Below, piece by piece: positions 49,466 to 58,129 of a stretch of 64,000 nt of DNA. A model generated the notes under the pieces. It saw nothing but the letters and a program-made list of their open reading frames with translations. It was not told where the DNA came from and searched no databases. Position 1 is the first letter of the stretch, and the number at the start of each line of letters is the position of its first letter. The stretch is from an uncultured Pseudomonadota bacterium (GTDB lineage: Bacteria; Pseudomonadota; Alphaproteobacteria; JACZXZ01). Location of the stretch: the NCBI GenBank assembly GCA_963749075.1, contig CAVVLJ010000020.1, forward strand, positions 192,001-256,000, read 5' to 3'. Position numbers and translations under genes: made by a program.

Positions 49466-50416
49466 ATGAACAAATTGTCCCCTGAGAAGCGCGCCCAAAT
49501 CCTCGGCATGATGGCCGAAGGGGTTTCGTTGCGGTCGATCACACGCCTAACTGGCGTGAGCCGGACAACCTCCCTCAAGCTGCTGGTCGATGTCGGCAAC
49601 GCCTTCTCGGACTATCAGGATCGCGCGCTTCGCAACTTTCCGTGCAAGCGCGTGAAGGTTGACGAAATTTGGGCGTTCGTCGGGATGAAGGCGAAGAACG
49701 TTCCCGAGGAAAGGAAGGGCGAATACGGCATCGGGGACGTTTGGACATGGACGGCAATTGATGCGGATACGAAGCTCGTGCCGTCCTGGTTCGTCGGGAA
49801 CCGCGATGCCGAGCACGCGCGGACCCTCCTAAGCGATCTTGCAGGCCGCATGGCCGGTCGCATCCAACTAACGTCAGACGCCATGCGCGCCTATCGGGAC
49901 GCGGTACATGACGCGTTCCTAGACGAGATCGACTATGCCCAGCTCGTCAAGATTTACGGCGAAGACCCGGAAAGTATGAAGGGGCGCTATAGTCCCGCCG
50001 AGCGCATCGGCTGCGAGCGCCAGAAGATCAGCGGGAACGCTGATCCAAAGCATATCAGCACTTCTCACGTCGAGCGGCAGAACCTCAATATCAGAATGGG
50101 GCTGCGCCGCTTCACGCGCTTGACCAATGCATTTTCAAAGAAGCTCGAAAACCATGTGCACGGCCTCGCCATCTACTTTATGTACTACAACTTCGTTCGC
50201 ATCCATCAAACATTGCGCGTCACCCCCGCGATGGCAGCCGGCGTAACCGACAAGCTTTGGGAGCTAAGCGATTTGGTTCGGATCGTGGAAGAATACGAGC
50301 GTGAGCCCGTCTCGGACGCCGACGCACCATCCGATATAGATCGCCTTTTGAGCGACGCCGACGGCTATATGCGACGCCCAGGACACCCCGACCAGCACGG
50401 CCCGCAGCGAACCTAA
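49466..50416 (+). CDS. IS1-family DDE transposase
   Basis: N-terminal HTH (EGVSLRSITRLTGVS), VDEIW, LTSD, HVERQN..R..RRFTRLT..FSKK. Confidence 0.9.
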   Translation: MNKLSPEKRAQILGMMAEGVSLRSITRLTGVSRTTSLKLLVDVGNAFSDYQDRALRNFPCKRVKVDEIWAFVGMKAKNVPEERKGEYGIGDVWTWTAIDADTKLVPSWFVGNRDAEHARTLLSDLAGRMAGRIQLTSDAMRAYRDAVHDAFLDEIDYAQLVKIYGEDPESMKGRYSPAERIGCERQKISGNADPKHISTSHVERQNLNIRMGLRRFTRLTNAFSKKLENHVHGLAIYFMYYNFVRIHQTLRVTPAMAAGVTDKLWELSDLVRIVEEYEREPVSDADAPSDIDRLLSDADGYMRRPGHPDQHGPQRT

Positions 50417-50465
50417 TCATCGGAGATCGCGAGGACCCGGATTTTTTCGGCGAATCGATCACAGA

Positions 50466-51332
50466 ATGCTGAAGCGGCTGTTAAAAGCTTTTTGGGTTGC
50501 CTTGTTCGCGTGTCTGGTGCTCGGATACGTCTCTCTGGTTTGGTATGCATCACAAGCGCCCGGGTCATCGCAATACGAACGCCGCACCTACCATACCAAT
50601 GAAAAAGCCGGCCAGCGCAACCCACCCCAAACCCTTTGGGAATGGGTGACGCATGACGCAATAGCTGTCTTCACTTTCTTCCTGGCCGCCTTTACCGGCG
50701 CGCTCTTCTGGGTTTCCATCATTGAAATGCGATACCTGAGACGCGCCGATAAGACGGCACGGAAACTCGCGAAAATCACCAAACAACAGACTGCTATTTT
50801 GGCCGCTCAAGCCGATATCGCATTGAAGCAGCATGAACTCGAGCGCTTGCAGTTTATCGCCGACAAGAGGCCGAGATTGCGCATCCGGAACGTTGTTGTG
50901 AGGCCGGCAAGCGTCACGGGCTATGAGCCGACCCTTTTCCATCCCGGACAATATGTCGGTGGTCAATGCTATATCGCCAACTCTGGAGGCATCGACGCTG
51001 TTGTTGTGGAGGCTCACTGTGAGGTCTTTGTGACTAACGTTCAGCTGCCAATGGAAAGGCCCTACGAAGGGAAAAACGGCAATTCGGCGATCCGCCCAAC
51101 GATTCCTCCCGGCGGTTCTGTGCCATTCCCATTTCAGAGCGATACCATTATCAGCGAACACCAGTCGCAGGCGGTCAGGAACGGCATTGGTTATCGGCTT
51201 TACTTGCTTGGATGGGTTGAATACGAAGACATCAAGGGAGTGCGAAGACGTACTGCGTTCTGCAGGAAATATGATGCCGCCACCGGTCGCTTCGCCGCAG
51301 TAGATGACCCCGATTACGAACACGAAGAATAG
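50466..51332 (+). CDS. Hypothetical membrane-anchored cargo protein
   Basis: Two TM segments, a coiled coil and a beta-rich C-terminal domain. Confidence 0.7.
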   Translation: MLKRLLKAFWVALFACLVLGYVSLVWYASQAPGSSQYERRTYHTNEKAGQRNPPQTLWEWVTHDAIAVFTFFLAAFTGALFWVSIIEMRYLRRADKTARKLAKITKQQTAILAAQADIALKQHELERLQFIADKRPRLRIRNVVVRPASVTGYEPTLFHPGQYVGGQCYIANSGGIDAVVVEAHCEVFVTNVQLPMERPYEGKNGNSAIRPTIPPGGSVPFPFQSDTIISEHQSQAVRNGIGYRLYLLGWVEYEDIKGVRRRTAFCRKYDAATGRFAAVDDPDYEHEE

Positions 51333-51388
51333 GATGGCGCCGCGCGACGTTCGGGGAATTCGGCATAATTGTCGAAACTGACCCACTA

Positions 51389-53294
51389 GTGCGCCAGGAA
51401 GCTGGCGTGATCCAGCCGGTGAAAGTCCGGCCCAGGTAAGGGGTAGCGCCCGCCTGGTAGCGAGTGTTGCGCTGTGGAAGGCAACGACCACGGCGAAGCG
51501 TACACAGCGATTGTGCGGGGTGGGCTATTGAGCCGCGTAAGCAGTAATGTCGGAGGGGCCGAGGCTTTTAGTGTAGCCGAAGGCAACATGTGCGGCGCCG
51601 CTATGCGAGGCGCCGTCGCCCTACCGAGGTCGAAGACCCCATCACGCACAAAGGGAGCCCGCCGGAACCTGGGAGATCCCACGTCCGGCCAGCGGCGACA
51701 AGCCGCCCTGGTCCGCATCGGGAAGGCGAGGAGCCGTAGCCGATGACGCACGGGCGCGGGAAGTCAGACTCCGCCATAGTAGCTGGGAAGCCGACGAACA
51801 AGGCCGGGCAATCGGTTGCGGAGCCGGTGGAGCGAAGGGCGGAGGCCAAGGGGAATGCGGGCCAGCACAGCACGCGCCGGGCACAGGACCGGGAAAGCGT
51901 GTCCCATGCGCTGGATCGCATACGACAAGCGGCAAGGCAAAGGAAGAAGGAACGGTTCACCTCGCTCTTCCACCATATCACCATCAGCCTGCTCCGGCTG
52001 GCGTTCTTCGCGCTCAAGCGAGACGCCATGCCCGGCGTAGACGGGTTGACATGGCAGGACTACGAGGCAGACCTCGAGTGCAAGCTCGAGGACCTGCACG
52101 CACGGGTCCGCCGGGGAGCGTATCGGGCACTGCCGTCCCGGCGACGGTACATACCGAAACCGGACGGCCGGCAGCGCCCGCTCGCGGTCGCCGCCCTCGA
52201 GGACAAGATCGTCCAACGGGCGACCATCGCGGTGCTGAACGCGATCTACGAGGAGGACTTCCTCGGGTTCTCGTATGGCTTCCGGCCACGGCGCGGCCAG
52301 CACGATGCGCTGGACGCACTGGCGGTCGGGCTCACCAGCAAGAAGGTGAACTACGTTCTCGATGCGGACATCCGGTCCTTTTTCGACGCGGTCGATCAAA
52401 CATGGCTCGTCCGCTTCTTGGAGAACCGGATCAGTGACCCGCGTATCATCCGCCTGATCCAGAAATGGCTCAAGGCGGGCATCCTGGAAGACGGGGTCGT
52501 GACGGTGAGTGAGAGGGGGACGGGACAGGGCTCGGTGGCATCACCGCTCCTTGCCAACGTCTACCTGCACTACGTCTTCGACCTCTGGGCCGAGCGCTGG
52601 CGACGGCGCGAGGCACAGGGCGATATGATCATCGTGCGCTATGCGGACGACATCGTTGTCGGCTTCGAGCGTGAGGCCGACGCCCGACGCTTCTGGGAGG
52701 CGATGCGGGAGCGGTTGCAGGAGTTCTCGCTGACGCTGCATCCGGAAAAGACCCGCCTGATCGAGTTTGGCCGCCATGCCGCGGCCGAGCGCAAGCAGCG
52801 CGGGCTCGGTAAACCGGAAACCTTCAACTTCCTAGGCTTCACCTTCCTCTGCGGTAAATCGCGCCGCGGGAACTTCCTCCTCAAGCGGAAGACCCGGCGT
52901 GACCGCATGGTGGCCAAGCTCAAGGAGGTAAAGGGCGAACTGCGGCGGCGGATGCATCAGCCCATCCCGGTGCAAGGGACGTGGCTGCGGCAGGTCGTCA
53001 CCGGCTTCTTTGGCTATCACGCAGTGCCGACAAACTTCCCGGCACTTGCGGCCTTCCGGCGCCATGTCACCGGCCTCTGGCGGCGCACGCTCCGGCGGCG
53101 CAGCCAGAAGGACGGCTCGACCTGGGGACGGATCGAGAAGCTGGCCGACGACTTTCTCCCAAAACCCCGCATCCTTCACCCCTGGCCGAGCAAGCGCTTC
53201 GCCGTCAAACACCCGAGGTGGGAGCCGTATGCGGGAAATCCGCCCGTACGGATCTGTGCGGGGGGCGCCCAGTAATGGGCGTCCCTACCGCGAT
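51389..53294 (+). mobile_element. Group II intron
   Basis: 5' GTGCG; domain V GAGCCGTATGCGGGAAATCCGCCCGTACGGATC; domain VI hairpin with bulged A; 3' end AT; encodes an RT. Confidence 0.93.
51743..53275 (+). CDS. ltrA: Group II intron reverse transcriptase/maturase, no HNH domain
   Basis: IPKPDGRQRPL, SYGFRP, DADIRSFFD, GQGSVASPLLANVYL, RYADD, FNFLGF. Confidence 0.95.
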   Translation: MTHGRGKSDSAIVAGKPTNKAGQSVAEPVERRAEAKGNAGQHSTRRAQDRESVSHALDRIRQAARQRKKERFTSLFHHITISLLRLAFFALKRDAMPGVDGLTWQDYEADLECKLEDLHARVRRGAYRALPSRRRYIPKPDGRQRPLAVAALEDKIVQRATIAVLNAIYEEDFLGFSYGFRPRRGQHDALDALAVGLTSKKVNYVLDADIRSFFDAVDQTWLVRFLENRISDPRIIRLIQKWLKAGILEDGVVTVSERGTGQGSVASPLLANVYLHYVFDLWAERWRRREAQGDMIIVRYADDIVVGFEREADARRFWEAMRERLQEFSLTLHPEKTRLIEFGRHAAAERKQRGLGKPETFNFLGFTFLCGKSRRGNFLLKRKTRRDRMVAKLKEVKGELRRRMHQPIPVQGTWLRQVVTGFFGYHAVPTNFPALAAFRRHVTGLWRRTLRRRSQKDGSTWGRIEKLADDFLPKPRILHPWPSKRFAVKHPRWEPYAGNPPVRICAGGAQ

Positions 53295-53438
53295 CCCGCG
53301 CGTCCGCCTTGGGATGGCGGCGGCTTCCGGCGATTGTCCGAAAAGCGTCATGGGCGGCCCTGCCGGAAAGCGGCCTCATGTCCGCAAACCAGCCATCGCA
53401 GGCATGGCGGCCGAAACCCCGCCCTGCCATGCGAGTTT

Positions 53439-53467
53439 TTGACAAGCGCGCCGCAATCGCATAGCTT
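53439..53467 (+). promoter_or_regulatory. Sigma70 promoter
   Basis: TTGACA-N17-TAGCTT. Confidence 0.7.
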
Positions 53468-53473
53468 GCTGCC

Positions 53474-53551
53474 ATGCGCGGGAAGAACCTCATGGTGGCC
53501 ATTAACCAGTCGCTCGGCGGCGCCGATGCGGGCGGGGGTCCCATGCGCTGA
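53474..53551 (+). CDS. Putative leaderless leader peptide (25 aa)
   Basis: ATG 6 nt after the -10; MRGKNLMVAINQSLGGADAGGGPMR*; precedes a terminator. Confidence 0.5.
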   Translation: MRGKNLMVAINQSLGGADAGGGPMR

Positions 53552-53577
53552 TCGCGGCAAGAGCGACGAGTTCCCCG

Positions 53578-53612
53578 AGCCCCGCCAGCGCCTCTGACGG
53601 GGCTTTCGTTTT
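53578..53612 (+). terminator. Intrinsic terminator (attenuator) upstream of the ABC exporter
   Basis: AGCCCCGcCAG-loop-CTGaCGGGGCT followed by TTCGTTTT. Confidence 0.75.
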
Positions 53613-53633
53613 GCGGCAAAGGGACGTGGAGCC

Positions 53634-54638
53634 ATGAGCGCCATTACCGTCGAGCGCCTGAGCAAGAGCTTCCGCGTGCGCCCGCCGCGGCGGCGCGGTG
53701 CCTGGGCGGCGCTCTTTCGGCCGCGGCCGGCGGAGGACGTGCCCGCGGTCAGCGACATCTCCTTTGCCATCGGGCGCGGCGAGCGCGTCGCCTTCATCGG
53801 CCCCAATGGCGCCGGCAAATCGACGACGCTCAAGATGCTGACCGGCATTCTCAGGCCGAGCGGCGGCCACGCCGAGGTCGCGGGCTTCGTGCCCTGGCGC
53901 GAGCGCCGCCGCCTCGCCGGCCGCATCGGCATCGTCTTCGGCCAACGCTCGCAGCTCTGGTACCATCTGCCGGTCCAGCACAGCCTCGAGCTCTTGCGCC
54001 ACGTCTACGGCATCGAGCGCGCGGCCTATGACGCGCGCTTGGCCGCCCTCGTGCGCGGCTTCGAGATCGCGGACCTCCTGGCACGGCCGGTCTCCGAGCT
54101 CTCGCTCGGCCAGCGCGTCCGCTGCGAGATCGCGGCAAGCCTCCTCCATGCGCCTGCCGTGCTGCTCCTCGACGAGCCCACCATCGGGCTCGACGTGACG
54201 GCCAAGGCGGCGCTGCGCGACCATCTGAACGCCCTCGCGCGGGAGGAGGGCACCACGGTGCTCCTCACCTCGCACGACACCGGCGACATCGAGCGCATCT
54301 GCGAGCGCGTCATCGTCATCGACCAGGGCCGGCTCCTCCTCGACGAGCCGCTCGAGCGGCTGCGCCGGGATTTCTTCCAGCACCGTTCCGTCGTCGTCGT
54401 CACGGCGGAGGAGCATCCGAGCCTGGCGCTGCCCGGCGTCGCCGTGACCGCGGCCGAGCCCTACCGGCTCTCGCTCAGCGTCGATACGTCGATCGCGGCG
54501 ATCGAGACCGTGGTGGCCGCGGCACTTCGGCGCTTCGCCGTGCGCGACCTCGTCATCGAGAACCCGCCTTTGGAGGACATCGTCAAGGCGATCTACCGCG
54601 GCGTGGGAAAAGGAGCGCCGGGCCATGAGCCGCACTGA
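53634..54638 (+). CDS. ABC-2 exporter ATPase
   Basis: GPNGAGKST, VFGQRSQL, LSLGQR, DEPTIGLD. Confidence 0.93.
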   Translation: MSAITVERLSKSFRVRPPRRRGAWAALFRPRPAEDVPAVSDISFAIGRGERVAFIGPNGAGKSTTLKMLTGILRPSGGHAEVAGFVPWRERRRLAGRIGIVFGQRSQLWYHLPVQHSLELLRHVYGIERAAYDARLAALVRGFEIADLLARPVSELSLGQRVRCEIAASLLHAPAVLLLDEPTIGLDVTAKAALRDHLNALAREEGTTVLLTSHDTGDIERICERVIVIDQGRLLLDEPLERLRRDFFQHRSVVVVTAEEHPSLALPGVAVTAAEPYRLSLSVDTSIAAIETVVAAALRRFAVRDLVIENPPLEDIVKAIYRGVGKGAPGHEPH

Positions 54639-55422
54639 GCTCGGCGCCCTCGCCGCCTTCGCGGCACTCGGCTGGAGACGCGCCGCGGCCGAGCGCGCGG
54701 CGACGCTCGGCCGCCTGCTGCTCTACGGGTTGATCCTCGTCATCTTCTGGGAACTCTGGCAGGCGACGCCCTTGGCCGAGCTCGCGGAGCCGGGAACGGA
54801 TGCCCGGCATCTCTTCTGGTATATGGCCGTGACCGAGTGCGTCGCCATCGCCACGGGCTATCCCTACCGCGCCCTCGAGATCGCCATCCAGAGCGGCGAG
54901 ATCGCGAGCGCCTTGACCCGGCCGCTCCCCTATGCGCTGGCGACCCTCGCCGAATGGGCCGGTGCGACGGGCCATCGCCTGCTCGTCCTCCTCGCCGCGG
55001 GGGTGGCACTGGGCGTTGCCGTCACCGGCACGTTCCCCGTCCCGCTCGCGGATGCTCCGGCGCTCCTCCTCTCGATAGCGCTCGCCTCTCTGATCGTGCT
55101 GCTCTGCCAGCTCCAGCTCGGCTATGCCGCGGCCTGGACGGGCTCCGCGGCGCCGCTCTTCTGGATCTGGCAGAAGCTCATGTTCGTCTGCGGCGGCCTG
55201 ATCATCCCCTTGACGCTCTATCCGGCACCTCTCGGGACGCTCGCCAAGGCAACGCCCTTTGCCGCAATGCTGTTCGCACCCGGCTCGCTCGTGCTCGAGG
55301 CAACTCCGGCCGCAGCGGCGGCGGCGCTCGCTTGGCAGCTCGCCTGGCTCGTGCCGGTGGCTGCCGCGGCGTTCCTCGTCGACCGCGCGGCAGCCCGGCG
55401 CTTCGCCGTGCGCGGCATCTGA
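54625..55422 (+). CDS. ABC-2 family permease (DUF990-like)
   Basis: IQSGEIASALTRP, GGLIIPLTLYP. Confidence 0.85.
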   Translation: MSRTELGALAAFAALGWRRAAAERAATLGRLLLYGLILVIFWELWQATPLAELAEPGTDARHLFWYMAVTECVAIATGYPYRALEIAIQSGEIASALTRPLPYALATLAEWAGATGHRLLVLLAAGVALGVAVTGTFPVPLADAPALLLSIALASLIVLLCQLQLGYAAAWTGSAAPLFWIWQKLMFVCGGLIIPLTLYPAPLGTLAKATPFAAMLFAPGSLVLEATPAAAAAALAWQLAWLVPVAAAAFLVDRAAARRFAVRGI

Positions 55423-55434
55423 GGGGGGAAGCCC

Positions 55435-56226
55435 ATGCGGCCCAAGAGCTCGCTCGCCTACCTTCTGGCGCTCGCCCGCATCAACATCGCGGCGGGTTTC
55501 GCGCGGCCGTACCTGGCACTCGTCTCGGCCGCCATGATGCTCGGCAACAACCTCATCTTCTTCCTCATCTGGGTGATCTACTTTGCCAGGTTCTCAAGCT
55601 TGCGCGGCTGGGTGCTCGAGGACTTGGCGCTCCTCATCGGCGTCGTCGCCTGGGCTTTCGGGCTCGCCGTCTTTCTCGCGGGCGGCGTGCGCGATCTCGC
55701 GCACATCATCGTCGACGGCAGGCTCGACATCCATCTCGGCCGCCCGCGCCATCCGCTTCCCGCACTCCTCATGAGCCGCTCGCTTCCCTCGGGTCTCGGC
55801 GACATGGCGAGCGCGCTCGTCTTCTGGCTCTGGCTCGGCCACGAAGGCTTGGGCGAGCTGCCGCTCCTCCTCGCCGTGTCGACGGCGGCGGCGGTGGTTT
55901 TCGCGGCGACGCTCACGCTCAGCCAATGCATCGTGTTCTGGTTTCCCGGCGCGCTCTCGCTCTGCGAGGAGCTTTACAACATGCTGCTCATGGTTTCCTA
56001 CTACCCGCAGCACCCTTACGGGTTCGCGGTGCGGCTCGTGCTCTTCACGGTCTTCCCCACCGCCTTCATCGGATTCCTTCCGGCCGAGGCGATGCGCGCG
56101 CACGACCCGCTCGAGGCCCTGGCCGTGCTCGCTGCCGCCTTCGTCTATGCCGGCCTTGCCGTGGCGGTCTTCGAGCGCGGGCTCAGGCGCTACGCCTCGG
56201 GCAACCGCGTGCTCGAGCTGCGCTGA
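55435..56226 (+). CDS. ABC-2 family permease (DUF990-like)
   Basis: GRLDIHLGRP, C-terminal GLRRYASG. Confidence 0.85.
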   Translation: MRPKSSLAYLLALARINIAAGFARPYLALVSAAMMLGNNLIFFLIWVIYFARFSSLRGWVLEDLALLIGVVAWAFGLAVFLAGGVRDLAHIIVDGRLDIHLGRPRHPLPALLMSRSLPSGLGDMASALVFWLWLGHEGLGELPLLLAVSTAAAVVFAATLTLSQCIVFWFPGALSLCEELYNMLLMVSYYPQHPYGFAVRLVLFTVFPTAFIGFLPAEAMRAHDPLEALAVLAAAFVYAGLAVAVFERGLRRYASGNRVLELR

Positions 56227-56231
56227 GCGGC

Positions 56232-57866
56232 TCAGCCGCCTCGCCCGCGCAGACGCGCGCGGTAGATGAGGCCCCAGGGATCGGGCATCTCGCCGACCGG
56301 CACCTCGATGAGGGTCGGGCCGCCGCGCTTGAGCGCGGCATGGAGCTCGTTCCGCAGGCTGGCCGGGCTCGTGGCGCGCACGCCGGCGACGCCGAAGGTC
56401 TCCGCCATCCTGTCGAAGCGCGGATTGTGCAGCTCGACCGCGATGAGGCGGTTGCCGTAATCCTCTTTCTGGATGCGCCGCACGTTGCCGAAAGCGCCGT
56501 CCACGAAAACGATCGTAACGATGTCGATGCCGTGCAGCACGGCACTCGCCAGCTCCTGGGCATTGTAGAGGAAGCCGCCGTCGCCCGAGATCGACACCAC
56601 GGGCAATTCCGGCTTCGCCACCTTGGCGCCGAGCGCCGTCGGGAAGCCGTAGCCGAGGGTGCCCTGGTAGCCGCTGTTGATGAAGGTGCGCGGCCGATAG
56701 GCCGGATAGGCGAGGCGCGCGACGTAACCCACCTGGGTGAGCTCGTCGACGAAGATGCCGTCCTCGGGCAGCTCGGCGCGGATGGCGGCGAGATACTCGA
56801 CCTGGGGGCTCAAGCGCGCGCACTCGGCCGCCATCGCGGCCTTGAGCGCCGCGAGCTCGTCGTGCCGCGAGGCGCGCTTGCGGTTCTGCTTGAGGAGGGC
56901 GTCGTGAAGGGCGGCGAGCGCCGGCTTGGCGTCGGCGACGATGCCGACCGCGGGCCTGGCGAAGCGCGCCATCTCCGCGGGATCGATGTCGATGCGCACG
57001 ATCTTGAGCGCATCGTCGAGGCCCCAGAGCTGCTGCGGATGCTGGAGCCGCGTGCCGACCGCGAGCACCGCGTCCGCCTCGCGCCACAGCGCATAGCCGG
57101 AGAGCGTCGTGTGGGCGAGCCAGTGGCGGTCGTCCACGATGCCGCGGCCCGCGCAATTGGCGACGACCGGCGCTTGCAGCGCCTCGGCCACGGCGAGGAG
57201 CGCCTCGCCCGCGTCCGTGGCCCCGCCGCCCACGAAGATGAGCGGCCGTTGCGCCTCGCCCAAGAGGGCCGCCGCCTTCTCGACGAGCGCGGGGTCCGGC
57301 TCGGGCGCCGTCCAGGCGCTGGCGGCGTCGGGCAGGGCGAGCTCGCACTCGAGCGCCAGCACGTCGAGCGGCGCCTCGATGCCGACCGGACGCTGCCGGC
57401 CGCCCATGAGCTCGCCGAAGGCCTCGTTCATGAGGCGGCCGGCCGCGGTCGGATGCTCGATGCGCGCCGCCCATTTGGTCAGGCCCCTCAAGATGGCGAG
57501 CTGGTCGGGAACCTCGTGCAGCATGCCGTAGCCGCGCCCGATCATGTGCGAGGGGATCTGGCCGGAGAGGCAGAGCACCGGCGTCCCCGTCGCATAGGCC
57601 GTGGCGAGCGCCGCCGTGGCGTTGAGGAGACCGGGGCCGGGCACGACGGCAAAGGCCCCGACCCGGCCGCTCGCGCGCGCGAAGCCATAGGCCATGTAGG
57701 CCGCCGCCTGCTCGTGGCGCGGGTGAATGACCCGGACGGCGCCGCCCGCATCGTAGAGTGCGGCGAAGAGCGCGTCGTTCTGCACGCCCGGCAGGGCGAA
57801 AAGCGTATCGACGCCATGCCGGCGCAGCATCTCGACCAATGCGGCGCCGCCCGTCATGCGTGCCAT
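56232..57866 (-). CDS. TPP-dependent enzyme (acetolactate synthase-like)
   Basis: FALPG, RHEQAA, VPGPGLLN, SGDGGFLY. Confidence 0.9.
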   Translation of the reverse strand: MARMTGGAALVEMLRRHGVDTLFALPGVQNDALFAALYDAGGAVRVIHPRHEQAAAYMAYGFARASGRVGAFAVVPGPGLLNATAALATAYATGTPVLCLSGQIPSHMIGRGYGMLHEVPDQLAILRGLTKWAARIEHPTAAGRLMNEAFGELMGGRQRPVGIEAPLDVLALECELALPDAASAWTAPEPDPALVEKAAALLGEAQRPLIFVGGGATDAGEALLAVAEALQAPVVANCAGRGIVDDRHWLAHTTLSGYALWREADAVLAVGTRLQHPQQLWGLDDALKIVRIDIDPAEMARFARPAVGIVADAKPALAALHDALLKQNRKRASRHDELAALKAAMAAECARLSPQVEYLAAIRAELPEDGIFVDELTQVGYVARLAYPAYRPRTFINSGYQGTLGYGFPTALGAKVAKPELPVVSISGDGGFLYNAQELASAVLHGIDIVTIVFVDGAFGNVRRIQKEDYGNRLIAVELHNPRFDRMAETFGVAGVRATSPASLRNELHAALKRGGPTLIEVPVGEMPDPWGLIYRARLRGRGG

Positions 57867-57946
57867 CGCGTGCTCCACGGCTGCGGCGATAAGGGCGCAC
57901 ACTAGCAGGACGGCCGTCCCTGTCGAGAGGCGAGGCGGGCGCGGCG

Positions 57947-58072
57947 ATTGACCTGGGGCCATTGACCCGGGGCCATTGATCTGGGGCCATTGACCTGGGG
58001 CCATTGACCTGGGGCCATTGACCTGGGGCCATTGACCTGGGGCCATTGACCTGGGGCCATTGACCCTTGGCC
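57947..58072. repeat. 9 x 14-bp tandem repeat (VNTR)
   Basis: ATTGACCTGGGGCC units, three with variants, no spacers. Confidence 0.95.
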
Positions 58073-58129
58073 GTCCGTTCCTTATCCATGGGCGCTGCCG
58101 CGGCGCGGCTTTTCTCGAGGGGGGACGGC

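Larger units (their letters stand above)
47494..53296 (+). mobile_element. IS1-family cargo-carrying transposon with its right IR interrupted by a group II intron
   Basis: Left end GGTAATGGTACAGTTTG; right end reads GGTAGTGGGTCAGTTTC (reverse complement) once the intron is removed; direct repeat CGCGCGTC at 47486-47493 and 53297-53304; AT-richer interior. Confidence 0.88.

Noticed and set aside
51743-53275. RT as a retron, DGR or defence RT
   Set aside because: It is flanked by GTGCG and canonical DV/DVI and has a maturase region, so it is a group II intron protein
47482-53304. 12-bp direct repeat ATCCCGCGCGTC as the target duplication
   Set aside because: On the right, AT is the intron 3' end and CC is the IR terminus. 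The 8-bp core fits the IS1 family, so the extra 4-bp match is treated as coincidence, though unproven
57867-58046. Repetitive N-terminal extension of the TPP enzyme
   Set aside because: It is translation of the VNTR; family similarity begins at MARMTGG (57866)
57947-58072. Possible CRISPR array
   Set aside because: Contiguous 14-bp units with no spacers, and no cas genes in the window
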